DNA of 53,175 nt, taken from Octopus bimaculoides. Lineage: Eukaryota. Of this stretch, positions 25,301-36,333 are shown piece after piece; positions within the stretch are counted from its first letter, which is position 1; the number at the start of each line of letters is the position of its first letter. The position numbers and the translations under genes are program-made. The notes under the pieces are model-generated. The model was given only the letters and a program-made list of their open reading frames with translations. It was not told the DNA's origin and did no database searches. Location: assembly GCF_001194135.2 (NCBI RefSeq), contig NC_068996.1, positions 20,532,279 through 20,585,453 of the forward strand, written 5' to 3'.

Positions 25301-27669
25301 AATTGAGATTAGTTTGGCTTACCATCCTAGATTAGGAGAGAGCAAGAGAGAGAGAGAGAAGTTGTATTGATAATTGAGATGTCACTGTCTCATTAATGAT
25401 AATTAAGTAAAAATATAGTTAATGATAAAGACTTTATAATGTCAAATTATGTATTACAAGCACCTTTGTGGTAAGTCCATTTCTCTTTTTTTACAAAAGT
25501 AAAAAGAAACACAAACAAATGGATCAGTGAAAGAGAAACTTGTAAGCTTCCCATTTAGTAACCATTGCTGTTTGATTAATAATGATGATGGTTGCATAGT
25601 AGTCATACTTGAAGTTGACAGCCAGAAACTGCAAGGAATTGAGTACAAATTGAGGAAGCATGAGTAGAACTGAAACTAAGAAAAAAGGTTTAAAATTGGA
25701 ATACTTTTCTATGAACATTTGAACTTGAACTGCAATGTAGGTATTAGTTGTTGACTAATATGGCAGTGGATGGAGAAATTGGTAGAGTATTGCACAAAAT
25801 ACTTTGTGGTACTTCATCACTCTCAGTTACACTTTCAGTTGAAATCCCAAGCAAGTCAGCTCTGCCTTTCATCCTTCCAAGGTCAATAAGTACCAGTCAA
25901 GTGCCATTGGGCTGGACACTTTGTTAACAAGTTCACTTTACAACCACATGATTTCTTCCTTCTAGGTGCTTGGGCAAGAATATTCTTTAGTGTTCAATGT
26001 GTTGAAAGATATGTTAGGAGGTTCCAAAGTGTGTATGTTGAATAAACATCAGAAAGTATGATGTTAACAAAAATATAGTTATTTATTTAGAAGCGTGTGA
26101 ATGTAAAACAATAGAGAAACATTACTGACTTGGAGCTGTGTAATGAGACATGAAGAAATTGGTATGACTTACTATATATTTTAGTTTTGATGGCTTTTAT
26201 GCCACAGAATGTATTGAGTTTCATGATGATGATTGTGAATACCATTACTGTCTCAGTGAAGAAAGGTTGAATTAGCACTTACGATTGTCTAATCCACCAC
26301 AGGATATGTTGATGGTGAACTTAAAACAGATGCCACATTGTAGCAAGTGATGTTGCTTTCTCAGCATCAAATCTGCAACTAACCTTTCTCTTTGAAAGAT
26401 GCACATTTTATTGCTGGGTGGAAGTTACTACCTGTATTACTACAGCGTCAACTTTACTGGCTGGTGTCTGCCAGCCACAGCGACAAAATAGTTCTTTTCA
26501 TGTCTCACTACACTTCAACTATTGAGTTGACCAATGCTTTGTGAGTGGATTTTGGTAGAAGAAAGTAGTGCAGAAGTTTTGTGTGTGTGTGTGTGTGTGT
26601 GTATATAGATCAGGGGTTCTCAACCATTTTTAATCTATGGACCCCTTTGATTGCTATTTTATTCTGATGGACCCTCATAGCTATTCATTGTTCAAAAATT
26701 AGTCTAACAAATAAACTTCTTTCAAAATTCCTATTTTGTTTTTTTAACTTGTGTAGGTTGAACTATGTAAAATGTTAAAGAAAGAAACCAGGTTGTTTCT
26801 TGCAATACATACCAATACTTCATCATCATCATTGTCGTTTAACGTCCGCTTTCCATGCTAGCATAGGTTGGACGATTTGACTGAAGACTGGTGAAACCAG
26901 ATGGCTACACCAGGCTCCAATCTGATTTGGCAGAGTTTCTACAGCTGGATGCCCTTCCTAACGCCAGCCACTCCGAGAGTGTAGTGGGTGCTTTTACGTG
27001 CCACCCGCACAAAGGCCAGTCAGGTGGTACTAGCAACGGCCACGCTCAAAATGGTGTATTTTACGTGCCACCTGCACAAGAGCCAGTCCAGGGGCACTGG
27101 CAACGATCTCGCTCGAATGTCTTTACATGTGCCAGGAAGGCGATACTGGGCACAGGTGCCATTGACGGTTTCGCTTTCGCTTGCCCCAATAGGTCTTCGC
27201 AAGCCGAGTTTTGTTTCCAATGAAGGAGACGGCATTGGCATGGGTGCCAGTCGTCGAATTTAATTCGATTTCGATTTCACTTGCCTCAACAGATCTTCGC
27301 AAGCGGAGTTTAGTGTCCAATGAAGGAAGGTACGTATAAGTGGGCTGCCTAAGCAAAATTTTTTCCAGGACCCTTAAAATACTATTGTGGATCCCCAATT
27401 TACTATTTTGTTGCATGGACCCCCAAAAATCTTATATAAATCCCGGTTGAGAACCACATGTGTAGATAAATAGATAGATAAATATATAGACTGATACACA
27501 TATGCACACACAAATATATGTTTAAATACATATCTTTGTATGACATTGTAATTTTCTTTCCATTTTTAGATGTCTACCATCTCATCTACGTGAATCTGAA
27601 TGTACTCTTGTCATAGAACCTAACAACGGAGATTATTATGATGATGAGCCACGACCCCTTACTTCATGA
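3892..27669 (+). CDS. ZDHHC2: Palmitoyltransferase of the ZDHHC2/15/20 family, spliced and 5'-partial (8 exons visible, DHHC exon missing)
   Basis: Joined exons give ...[39 protein letters not shown]...[34 protein letters not shown]-[gap][24 protein letters not shown]...[13 protein letters not shown]...[11 protein letters not shown]...TS-CGDG...[14 protein letters not shown]...PLTS*. This contains the DHHC cysteine-rich domain, TTxE and a PaCCT-like motif, colinear with vertebrate ZDHHC2/20. The family call is firm; the symbol is tentative among ZDHHC2/15/20. Confidence 0.92.
4902..5274 (-). mobile_element. Full-length tRNA-derived SINE, family A, with 11-bp TSD
   Basis: Minus-strand head GTGGAGGCGCAATGGCCCAGTGGTTAGG (A box) ... 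GTTTCGATTCC (B box); TSD GATTTCTCACT at 4891-4901 and 5275-5285. Confidence 0.92.
5489..5609 (+). CDS. ZDHHC2: ZDHHC exon, 121 nt ([40 protein letters not shown])
   Basis: ttggacAG at 5487-5488, GTgagc at 5610; phase 0 in, phase 1 out, fits both neighbours. Confidence 0.92.
6170..6320 (-). mobile_element. tRNA-derived SINE family E, head fragment
   Basis: Reverse complement of the 12863-13020 head (gtgtggtaagaagtttgcttcc...ggttcagtc). Confidence 0.65.
7655..8060 (+). mobile_element. SINE family E head followed by an RTE-type family D tail
   Basis: cagtcccactgcactgcaccttgggcaagt...gaaactgaaagaagcc, then gaaaacatgtc...aggaagggcatctggc...gcaagcatgggaaagtggac. Confidence 0.6.
8106..8175 (+). 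CDS. ZDHHC2: ZDHHC exon, 70 nt ([24 protein letters not shown], first half of the cysteine-rich domain)
   Basis: tttccAG at 8104-8105, GTaagt at 8176; canonical [16 protein letters not shown]. Confidence 0.95.
8556..9370 (-). mobile_element. RTE LINE 3' UTR (family C) with expanded internal repeats, spans a gap
   Basis: (CAT)n-cgtttaacgtccgctttccatgctagcatgg terminus shared with 26820, 37229, 46490 and 52965; the copies at 37229 and 46490 link this UTR to an RTE ORF end. Confidence 0.85.
10780..10817. repeat. (GA)n microsatellite
   Basis: Direct. Confidence 0.95.
11840..12137 (-). mobile_element. Older tRNA-derived SINE with a family A tail and a different body
   Basis: Tail (gaaattaatgtccaagtggctgagcactccac...ccctttgaatta) matches family A; head and body match the 42311-42660 SINE. 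Confidence 0.7.
12863..13215 (+). mobile_element. tRNA-derived SINE family E, near full length
   Basis: Head gtggctgtgtagtaagtagcttgc...ccgggttcagtccc, internal (TA)n, 3' part cttagcggttcggcaaaagag...gactgaaacaagta. Confidence 0.8.
14048..14405 (-). mobile_element. tRNA-derived SINE family E
   Basis: Reverse complement is colinear with 12863-13215, including tcttttgccgaaccgctaagttac. Confidence 0.75.
14849..14969 (+). CDS. ZDHHC2: ZDHHC exon, 121 nt ((W)[40 protein letters not shown])
   Basis: Poly-T tract then gacAG at 14847-14848, GTaagt at 14970; near-invariant [13 protein letters not shown]. Confidence 0.96.
15560..15960 (+). mobile_element. Old RTE-clade LINE ORF C-terminus
   Basis: [36 protein letters not shown]...[10 protein letters not shown], the typical RTE C-terminal pattern GH..RM...RPRGRP..RW...DR..W. 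Confidence 0.7.
16524..16580. repeat. (TA)n microsatellite
   Basis: Direct. Confidence 0.95.
17158..17479. mobile_element. hAT (Charlie-type) non-autonomous MITE with 8-bp TSD
   Basis: Left TIR CAGGGGTTCTCAACC, degenerate right TIR GCTAAGAACCACTA; identical TSD CTCTAGAT at 17150-17157 and 17480-17487, matching the NTCTAGAN target preference. Confidence 0.85.
18168..18213. repeat. (AAT)n microsatellite
   Basis: Direct. Confidence 0.95.
18665..18910 (-). mobile_element. RTE-type 3' tail fragment (family C-like)
   Basis: (CAT)n...gctttccatgctggcatggg...ggatacccttcctaatgccaacc. Confidence 0.65.
19086..19695 (-). mobile_element. Cluster of a family D tail, a long (CA)n (about 19303-19393), a family C tail and a SINE E head
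   Basis: Modules recognised by similarity to other copies in the window. Confidence 0.65.
21262..21397 (+). CDS. ZDHHC2: ZDHHC exon, 136 nt ([45 protein letters not shown]; TM4 and TTxE)
   Basis: ttctccccAG at 21260-21261, GTaaga at 21398; contains FHILFLFF and NRTTL(E). Confidence 0.94.
21545..22430 (-). mobile_element. Decayed 5' part of a Penelope-like element (PLE)
   Basis: Minimal hammerhead plus 8-bp hairpin at 22346-22419; downstream on the minus strand are frameshifted remnants DIPQG (compare PLE N-terminal IPKGL) and [19 protein letters not shown] (compare NLT.EE..AL+.L....IVI..ADKG). Confidence 0.5.
22384..22419 (-). ncRNA. Minimal type I hammerhead ribozyme motif (PLE type)
   Basis: Minus strand reads GAU-CUGAAGA-A-GGAAU-UGUA-AUUCC-GAAA-UA-UC/AUC: intact core, perfect 5-bp stem II, palindromic AUAU in place of helix III, 3-bp stem I. 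Confidence 0.7.
22736..22862 (+). CDS. ZDHHC2: ZDHHC exon, 127 nt ([43 protein letters not shown])
   Basis: ttccAG at 22734-22735, GTaaga at 22863; EAFR.P.F..GPDK.GF..G...N..QVFG. Confidence 0.94.
23060..24128 (+). mobile_element. 5'-truncated RTE-clade LINE (RT C-terminal half, 3' UTR, poly-A)
   Basis: [12 protein letters not shown]...KLKVNV..NKVM...[12 protein letters not shown] and [14 protein letters not shown]; frameshifts and stops present; A-run at about 24117-24129. Confidence 0.9.
24241..24360. repeat. Imperfect 60-bp tandem duplication
   Basis: cagccctcactgtatacagtggttgatgtt at 24257 versus cagccctcattgtatactgtggttaatgtt at 24317. Confidence 0.75.
24405..24735 (+). mobile_element. 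Degenerate SINE family E
   Basis: Colinear with 12863-13215. Confidence 0.6.
25144..25218 (+). CDS. ZDHHC2: ZDHHC exon, 75 nt ([25 protein letters not shown])
   Basis: ttttactttcAG at 25142-25143; GDG aligns with the family LGDG motif. The donor GG/GTtgtt at 25219 is weak but is the one that gives the phase needed for the next exon. Confidence 0.75.
26611..27459. mobile_element. hAT-type MITE (same family as 17158-17479) interrupted by an RTE insertion
   Basis: CAGGGGTTCTCAACC ... GGTTGAGAACCAC; the two halves align with the uninterrupted copy at 17158. Confidence 0.8.
26820..27353 (-). mobile_element. RTE LINE 3' UTR (family C) nested in the MITE
   Basis: Near-identical to 37229-37770. 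Confidence 0.88.
27570..27669 (+). CDS. ZDHHC2: ZDHHC last coding exon ([32 protein letters not shown])
   Basis: ttttctttccatttttAG at 27568-27569; [13 protein letters not shown] resembles vertebrate ZDHHC2 PAKPLRESQSHLL; TGA at 27667-27669. Confidence 0.78.
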
Positions 27670-28959
27670 TTATTTACAGACCGTCCCACCACTACCACCA
27701 CCACCACCACCACTGTCTAGGTTACTTTGTATATTGTAACCATGGCAACAACAAAGTTATCTGTCTTTTCTTTGTTTCTTTGGAGTTTTTTCTTTGTTCA
27801 TTTCATTTGTATGAAACCTCTTTTTTTTTACCTTCAAAATATTCATTTATTTTCAAATTATTCTAATGAAGGAATGACATAAAACAAATGACATTTGATA
27901 AAATAACTATAACTTATCTCCCAATTCATTTTTTTTCCTTCTGTTTTGTCATCCTACTACATCACACATATGCACGCGCACGCACACACATACACACACA
28001 CACACACCAGCTCCATCAATAGCTGGGACCATAGACTTCGGTTAACATTCTCAATTGCTAACTAAAATCAATGCTGCTTGTTTCTGTAACTACATATACA
28101 AAAACTACAAAACACATTTGAAATAATTTAAATTGAAAACAAAATTAAACAAAATTAAACAAAATCATCCCATAAGAGGCACTGAATAACGGAGAAGAAC
28201 ACTTTATACAGCCCGAATTTGTGGCCTTGTTTCATTCTTTTGATGCGCCTGAATCTCACCTCTTGTGCTGTTTTGTCAAAGCTTCGCTAAATTTAATTTA
28301 TGTTTGTTTGTGCATGTGTGTGTGTTTGTGTGTGAAAATTTATCGCTTCTTGAAGGACACTACTATTTCTCATCCTGTGATTAATGTTGACTAACTGCCA
28401 GTCTATAAAGATGTGTATATACATATGTACATATCCACACACACATATATACACACATGCTTATATACTTATATAACATATATGCACAAACATGTATTTA
28501 TGTATGTATATTTATACTTGTTCTTTTTGTCTGGGGAGGTGTTTTTTTTTTTTTTTTGCCTTATGGGTTCATGTTATATACTCTAAAAAAAATATCTGTG
28601 TAAAAGAATTCTTAATTATTTTCCCAAAATCTGGTTTCTTGTTAAATGAAGTAATTAAATATAGAATCCCTGGTTTATTGCAACAGCAGCATTTTAGTGG
28701 CGGGGCGGGGTTGTGTTACTGGTTAATGTCACCCTCTGATTAAATGATATTCGCAGTAGTTCATTATCAGTTTGTCTAGTTCCTTGCATCTCAATTTCTC
28801 ACTTATCATGAAATATATGAATCTGATCGTTGATCTATATGGCCTATTGCCACATGACAAACTACCATAGTGAGACTCATCCAACCCATGCCACCGTAGA
28901 GTAATAGATGTAAATTATATATATATGTATATATATTAGTTATATCTTCTCTAAGGTTC

Positions 28960-29700
28960 TTGAAGTCACACGCCCCCTTGAGTTATGTGCCATCATTGAA
29001 ACAAATTGGCAAATAGCTTTCATCTTCATTGATGGTCACCACTTTGCCTTCAGTATTCTCAAGTGATGTTAAACATCACAGTTGATGAACTTGTGAAATC
29101 AAGATCATCAACATTGTCCAGATTCAGATATTTAGACCCTGTTAATGTCTTGATCACAGTTGCTTGATGGTGAGGTATTTGACTTGGCTGAAGGATGTAG
29201 TCCATTGCAATCACAAAGAGAAAAAGGGTTAGAGTGTCTCTATAAAGGTTACCTGCTGTTATTGGAAACTCTTTTAAGTTGGATTGTTTGTTCTTTGCAT
29301 AAGTCTTGATGGGTTTTCATGCATGGCAGTGATGGCTTTGACAATCTCTTGTGAGACACCAAAGTTTGACAGAACACAAAAACATGCTCTTTCTGTTGAT
29401 ATTATGAAATTATTTAGCAATTTTGATTTATAGACTCATTCCACCAATTTCTGCTATTATTATTCAATACAGTGTAGACTTTGTTGCTCATTACTATCAT
29501 GTTGAGCTGATCTTTCGGATGTTCTGTTCTGGAAACTTTTGCATCTAAAAAGATGAAGACAAGTCCATTCAATCATATTGATACTATTGGCACACAATAT
29601 GAAAAATGATTATTTCTCAAAAACCAGTGAGAGGGTAGTTTCTTGATATGGCACGAAATGCATCTTGGTTGGAACCACTTGGAGAAATAGAATTTTCTCC
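28960..29700 (-). mobile_element. Old RTE-clade reverse transcriptase fragment
   Basis: Minus strand gives frameshifted INRKSMF.VL..FGV...IVKAI.AM, DTL.PFLFVIAMDYIL and NLDNVDDL (compare DLDFADD). Confidence 0.6.
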
Positions 29701-30052
29701 AACAGACAGCCTCACTACTTGTGGACCTTCATAATCTCTTTGAAGAGGTAAGATCAGACTTCATCACTTCTTCCCATGTCATCCTCTCTCACATGTCTCA
29801 ACCACTTCAGTCTTCTCTCTTACAACATCTTATTCCTCCTATACCTAATTTTTTTCTTTGTCATTCATTCACACTAACATTTTACATCCAGCAAAACCTG
29901 GTCTCATTTGTCTCCAAGATGGCACAAGACTGAATTGAAGATAAATCATGTTATGTTGAAATGTTGAGCTGATTTATTTGATAAATTTCGACAAATCAAG
30001 CAAGGAATAACAGTGTTTATGAGATAAGTTATATCAATAGTTCAGTTCAAAT

Positions 30053-30065
30053 ATTATTGTTATTA

Positions 30066-30100
<35 letters not shown>
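30053..30100. repeat. (TTA)n microsatellite
   Basis: Direct. Confidence 0.95.
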
Positions 30101-30102
<2 letters not shown>

Positions 30103-32262
30103 CAAGTTGAATCAGTGAAGACAACCAGTCTTCATTGGTTGTCTTCGTGCCAATAATATCAGCCAATTCACACTCCATTATCATAAAGGAAGGAAGGACA
30201 CATTAGATAATGTATTCATAGATATACGTTGTCTGCAAAAATTTGAAGACAGAATGTTGTAAATGGAAAGAGAGCATGGTCATAAGTGATTATAGACCAT
30301 ACAATCTGGGCTGGTGCTGAACTACTAATTTAGAAATTTAAAAATATGATTAGCACTTAGTAAAATTATTATTTAATCGAATTTTTGAGGAAAATCTATC
30401 AAAAATACAAATGTACATGTTTCAATATTGTTTGAACAAAATATAAACCAACATTGATTTCTATTTAATTGTTGACTTGAAAGTTACATATCACACACTG
30501 CATATGTTGTTGTTGTTGTTGTTGTTGTTGTTTAGCGTTGGCTCATTCATCTCATTGAGCACATCTATGACTGAAGATGTTGATGGTGGAAATGTTATTT
30601 ACCCCTAGCCCTCATCAAGCAGACCAATGAAAATGTTTAAGCCATGACCTATTTTTCATTAGACACAGTATATCATGAACTACATTATTTAATGTGCCCT
30701 TGCATGTTTTTAAGATTATTTGGTGTAATTTGAGGGAGATTTGGCTGTCATTTCTAGCAGGTCAGATGACCACATAGAGGGTCTTCCATTGGTTCCTAGA
30801 TGCAACTGTGACTTCACATTTCAATGCATCATTCTTCTCTCTCTTCCCACCTCCTCTGTTTTTGTCAACTTCTTTATACACTGGTTCCAGGTGAGATTAA
30901 AAAAAAAAGACAATTTAAATACTTCTAATATAGCTTCCTTCACCAAATTGGGCATTTTCATTGGAGCCCCTTCTTCTCCACATCATATCTCTTCTTAAAA
31001 CAAGTTCCGTGAATTTACTTTATGTAAAGGAAATATAAAAGGAAAAAAAAGATGTTTATATTTCTTGTGAGAAACAAAAACTAAGGTCCATCAAAATATT
31101 AAAATATTAAGTTGGGATTGATGAAAACCAGGTCAGAAAGATTCATTCAAATATATTTTTACAAAATCAATGTGATATTACTTTTTACACTAGATTGACA
31201 AAAACTCCCTTCTCTGGTAGCTGATTCAGTTACAAAAAGGAGTCAAAAATCCCGAAATTCTGCTTTGTGTCAATGTGCGTGTCTGTCTGTGTTCCATTGT
31301 TGTTTATGAAGATAAATTTTTTTTTTTTTTTGGAAATTAATTTAAATTTCACAGTATTTTGAGGGTTTTGTTGTTTTTTTTTTTCTTTTTGCTTATTTAA
31401 TGTTGGTAATACTGAAGCTTCAATCATTGTTCCTGGGTTATCATAATGCAAAAGTTCTTTGTGGTCCTCTGCTTACTGGCAAACATGAATTCTATAGCAT
31501 CTTATATATATATATATATTAATTTACAGAGACGTGTATGTGTGTGTGTGTATATTATATACATATGAATGTATATTTATATATATCATCATCTTTGAAC
31601 ATTCACATTACTTGCTGGCATGGATAGCATGGATTATATCAGATCTGAGGTTTCTATGGCTGAACGTCTTTCCTAACACTAACCATGTTACATTGTGTAG
31701 TGGGTACTTTTGTGGCATCAGCACTAGCGAAGTGATTGTGCGTCTTGCATGACTAAGATCTCCTTTGAGCAGGTGATGCTACAGTAGAGAGGGACGCAGC
31801 TTTAGGTTAGGAAATGCAGAGTTCAAATATGGAAGAAAGAATCAAAACAGAACAGGTTTCTTGCTGTAGGGAACCTACATGGCTAGTATGGAGCTGGTAA
31901 GAGAGTGGACTGTCAAAATATGAAGTGAGTAGACATGGATGGGGACAGAAAAGGGATGGGATTGTGGCTGGGTAGAAGTTGCAAGAGTGTGTGGGTGACT
32001 GAGGGATAATGGGAATAAGTGAGGGGAGTGAATAAAATAAATAAAGAACAAAAGTTGAGAAGTGGTCAATGATAAATATGCATTAGTGAGAAAGTATGGA
32101 AGAGACTGGCAGATGTAGTGAAAGGTGGACAGAGGTAAGGAGGTGACCAATGAAATATTTGAAATATGGGGGAAGTCACTGAGTTTATTAGGTTATGGTT
32201 GACAGGAGTGAGGAGTAACAGAATAGTAATAATACAGTGTATATATATATATATATATATAT

Positions 32263-32870
32263 AGTTTAACGTCCGCCTTCCATGCTAGCATGGGTTGGAC
32301 GATTTGACTGAGGACTGGCAAACCAGATGGCTACATATATATATATATATATATCTCATCATCATTATCATCGTTTAATGTCCATCTTCTATGCTAGTAT
32401 GGGTGGGATAGTACCACAAGAGCTGGCCAAGCCAAAGCCTGCACTAGACTTCTGTGACCGTTTTGGCAGGATTTTTACAGCTGGATGCCCTTCCTAACAC
32501 CAACCACTCAGCAGAGTGGCTCAGTTTTAGCAAGGTTTCTACAGCTGAATGCCCTTCCGAACACCAATCACTTTACAGTGTCGACTGGGTGCTTTTAAGT
32601 GGCACCTGCACTGACAGGGTCACCAAGTACTTGGAAGACAAAATCTTTTAAGAGTGGAGGAGGTGATGATGAAAAGGTTATAGTGAGACAGATACAGGTG
32701 TCTTGCTGTAGAGGAAGGTTACCTGGCCGGAGAGAGAAAGATCAGGAATGAAGGCAGGAACAGGTGTGGTACTGCAAAGAAAATACATGGTTACTGAGTG
32801 AAGTGCAGGAGAAGGAAAGAGAGTGGGAGATCACAGGTTGGAGACAGTGGCAAAATGCCAGGCATACTCA
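32263..32870 (-). mobile_element. Short family C tail plus a long GA-rich RTE-tailed repeat
   Basis: 32355-32870 aligns over about 500 bp with 48237-48930; related pieces at 31600-32160, 36331-37000 and 51000-51200. Confidence 0.7.
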
Positions 32871-32893
32871 TATATATGTTTATTTCTGTATTC

Positions 32894-32929
32894 CTTTCTG
32901 TCGAAGAGCATAGGCTCGAAACGTAAAAG
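32894..32929 (+). ncRNA. Minimal hammerhead-like motif with a variant core
   Basis: CUUU-CUGUCGA-A-GAGC-AUAG-GCUC-GAAA-CG-UA/AAAG: 4-bp stem I, 4-bp stem II and ACGU palindrome, but A6 of CUGANGA is U. Confidence 0.5.
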
Positions 32930-32992
32930 ACTTTCTTACTTCCCAACCATTTAACTAATACATCTGTTTGTTTTTTTGTAAATTCTCACTAT

Positions 32993-33056
<64 letters not shown>

Positions 33057-33449
33057 ATGATGAAATATGATTGGGTTGGTTGCAAGGGAGAAGAGGTAGA
33101 CTTAATATGTGAGGAGATGAGAGATGTAGGGTGGCAGGGAAGGCTTGAGGAGAAAATCAGGTAGGGATCCCAGTTGTGTGTGTATGTGTGCATATATATA
33201 TAGATATATAATATAATTAAGATGTGTGTGTAAGTTTGTGTCTCCTTGTCTTGGTGACACTCATTTACAGCTACCACATTGCATGATAGTTGTAAATGAG
33301 TGTTAAGTGATAATACCCTGGTATATAAATGACAACAACCCTATAATTATGTCTGTGTTTACTTACTTACTTGTTTTATTATAAATGCTTTGGTATTGAT
33401 TATTCATCAATCAATGATTATAATGTCATGCACTCTCATCTACAATCTA

Positions 33450-33950
33450 CAAGGGCTATTGCAAAAGTTTTGACCCCAACATATTTAAGAATATTTTAAT
33501 TTTTCATCAAAGTCACCATTAACCTCTCTTCTCTATAAGACACATTTAATAGCAGTGACCTTATCTTAGGGGTTATTTTCATAACTCAACTTGCTTGCGG
33601 TTTGTCTATGAAAGATGCTTTCCTTGAAGATATTCAATTGGTCAACGTTTGACTGTTGAAAGGTATGAACAGTACTCTTCATGGTACATATTTCACTTGA
33701 GATCATTGATTTCCTCTGATGCGGTCATCTCCAGAATAAAAAAAAAATCTAATAACAGCATGAGGCTTTAAATTCTAATTGATCTTGTAAAAATCACAAA
33801 ATATTTCCCTGCTATAATTTATAGCTTCAAAATCCAACTTTCCAAAAAAGGAAATAATATACATAATGTTATACAAAGCAATGAAAATAATTGGAGATTT
33901 CTATCAAAAGGACCATAGTCAGAGTGAAAACTTTTGGAATATCTATTGTG
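33450..33950 (-). mobile_element. Decayed mariner-like element
   Basis: Imperfect TIRs caagggctattgcaaaagttttg / gaaaacttttggaatatctattg; the minus strand encodes HAVIRFF (compare mariner N-terminal RAVI+F). Confidence 0.4.
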
Positions 33951-34140
33951 TATTGAATTAACTTGAAAATTGTAAATGAATTGGTTCCTTCAGCTATTTG
34001 AATATTCTTCTTTTTTTTTTTTTTTTTTTTGTGACTGTCTGATAATCTATATTATTGATAAACAAAAGGGAATTCATCATTTCATGCCAGAGACCAAAGA
34101 ATTTTCTAGCATTTTGTATGTATGTATGTGTGTGTATAAA

Positions 34141-34178
<38 letters not shown>

Positions 34179-35366
34179 ACTTTTACAAGAGTGGTGACAG
34201 ATTTTGAAGTCATTAATCACCCCTTTTCTTGCAAAAGTTTAATAAATATATACTCTATAAAATATGTTGAGTAATCCTTCAGTTTAATGACAAACTGTTT
34301 GTATTGTAACTCTCCATAAAAACAGATATTATATATGCGTGTGTGTGTGTGTATATATATATAGAGAGAGAGAGAGACAGATATAGATCACACGCAATTC
34401 TTCTACCAGAAAAAAAAATTTATTATATATATCTGGGCCTTTTTTCCATTTACCAGATGCTGAAGGGGCCTGCTGAAAACATTAAGTATCTATTCTTAAC
34501 AACACACTAACATAGCAACTAATTTTGCAATATAATCCACTTGCTGCTGTAGAACACTACTAGACCTCCTTGAGTTATACTGGTTATATTCATCTACTTA
34601 AAGATATATTGATAAAAGCGATCAAATACTTTTGTGTTGTGACAGATCAATTATTGAAGACAGAGTTTTTAGCTTAAAATGTTTTCATCTTTACCTAAAA
34701 AGAAAAAAGATTTATTAAATCCTTACTACATTTGATGTTTAGCAAATCATTTTAAAATCATCTTGAAGATGATATTTAAGAGGAAAAAAAAACCTTGTCA
34801 GACACAACTACATATCTTGTGTGCTTTTATTTGTATTGTTTTTCTATGTTAATGTGTGTGTGTGTATATACANNNNNNNNNNNNNNNNNNNNNNNNNNNN
34901 NNNNNNNNNNNNNNNNNNNNNNNNNNNNNNNNNNNNNNNNNNNNNNNNNNNNNNNNNNNNNNNNNNNNNNNNNNNNNNNNNNNNNNNNNNNNNNNNNNNN
35001 NNNNNNNNNNNNNNNNNNNNNNNNNNNNNNNNNNNNNNNNNNNNNNNNNNNNNNNNNNNNNNNNNNNNNNNNNNNNNNNNNNNNNNNNNNNNNNNNNNNN
35101 NNNNNNNNNNNNNNNNNNNNNNNNNNNNNNNNNNNNNNNNNNNNCTAATGTTTTTAAGTAGCCAATAATATGGGGGTTTTGTGTGTGTGTGTGTGTGTGT
35201 GAATTGTCTTGAAATATGTTTTGTGTGGACTTGCTTGGATATATTACTAAACATCTGTTTAAAAATACATATTTACATATACACATTCAGCCTCTGAGTG
35301 TGTGTCTATGTATGTATGTATGTATATTTGTGTGTGCATATGTATGCATATATGTGTGTATATACA

Positions 35367-35397
<31 letters not shown>

Positions 35398-36139
35398 GAA
35401 TATATATGCCCATACATAAACATATCTCTCATCATACATGCATATGCGCATGCAGACACAGACACACAATTTGAAACAAATTTGTCAATCCTTAACACCT
35501 CATTTCAAATTTGTTTACTTTAAACTATCTGCTGTAGGTGTTTTTTTCTTTTGTTTTGTTTTTGTTGTTTCTTTTTCTTTTTTTTAAAGAGTATTTAGAA
35601 GTCTATTGTTCTGCTCACCAACCATTCAAGTTGTCTTGGTATTTGAAGACCAAACATTTTTAACATTTGCAATGCTAAGAAGAAAAAGAGATGAATTTGT
35701 AAAAAATGTTATGAATACATAATACATTAAAAAAAAAAGTTGAATATATATACATATATGTGTTTTAGTCCATTTATTGCATGAATTTATATGCAATTTC
35801 ATCACCAGAGATAACAGATTTTAACGACAGCAGTATTAATTGTCCACATCAGCAATTGCATATTACTGCTCTTAGTTTTTCCTTGATCAACCTTTGAATC
35901 ATCTTCACATACATGTTTTTTTTTGGGGGGTTTTTTTATCTGTTGTACTTTACCTGATCATTTATCACCTGTAATACCAGCAGGTTTCTGTGTCTGATGA
36001 CTGAACTATCTCACTTACCTTCACTGTGGTAATAATGGTCATTGTTATATTAATCTGTCTCACTGAGTATCGTTTATTCAGTGTAAACATACCACCATAT
36101 TGGATAGTGTCCAATAGTTGTTATATTATTGGTGCAAAT

Positions 36140-36280
36140 GTGGCTGTTTGCTTTCCAACTGCATGCTTCTGGTTTAGTCCTACTGTGTGTTATCTTGTGG
36201 AAAAGTGTCTTCTACTGTAAGCCCAGAACTGACCAAAGACTTGTGAGTGGATTTGGTAGATGGAGACTGAAAGGGAGTCC

Positions 36281-36333
<53 letters not shown>

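Noticed and set aside
26891-27223. Recurrent ORFs beginning [25 protein letters not shown] (also 8624, 37291, 46842)
   Set aside because: They start at GTG and are antisense readings of the family C RTE 3' UTR; similarity reflects young repeat copies, not a gene family
28695-28712. GGGGCGGGG GC-box downstream of the ZDHHC stop
   Set aside because: Single motif with no CpG island or nearby gene start; cannot be supported as regulatory
34452-34485. CTGAAGG-GGCCTGCT-GAAAAC, hammerhead-like
   Set aside because: A9 is replaced, stem II is poor and no valid UH cleavage site with a stem I pairing can be drawn
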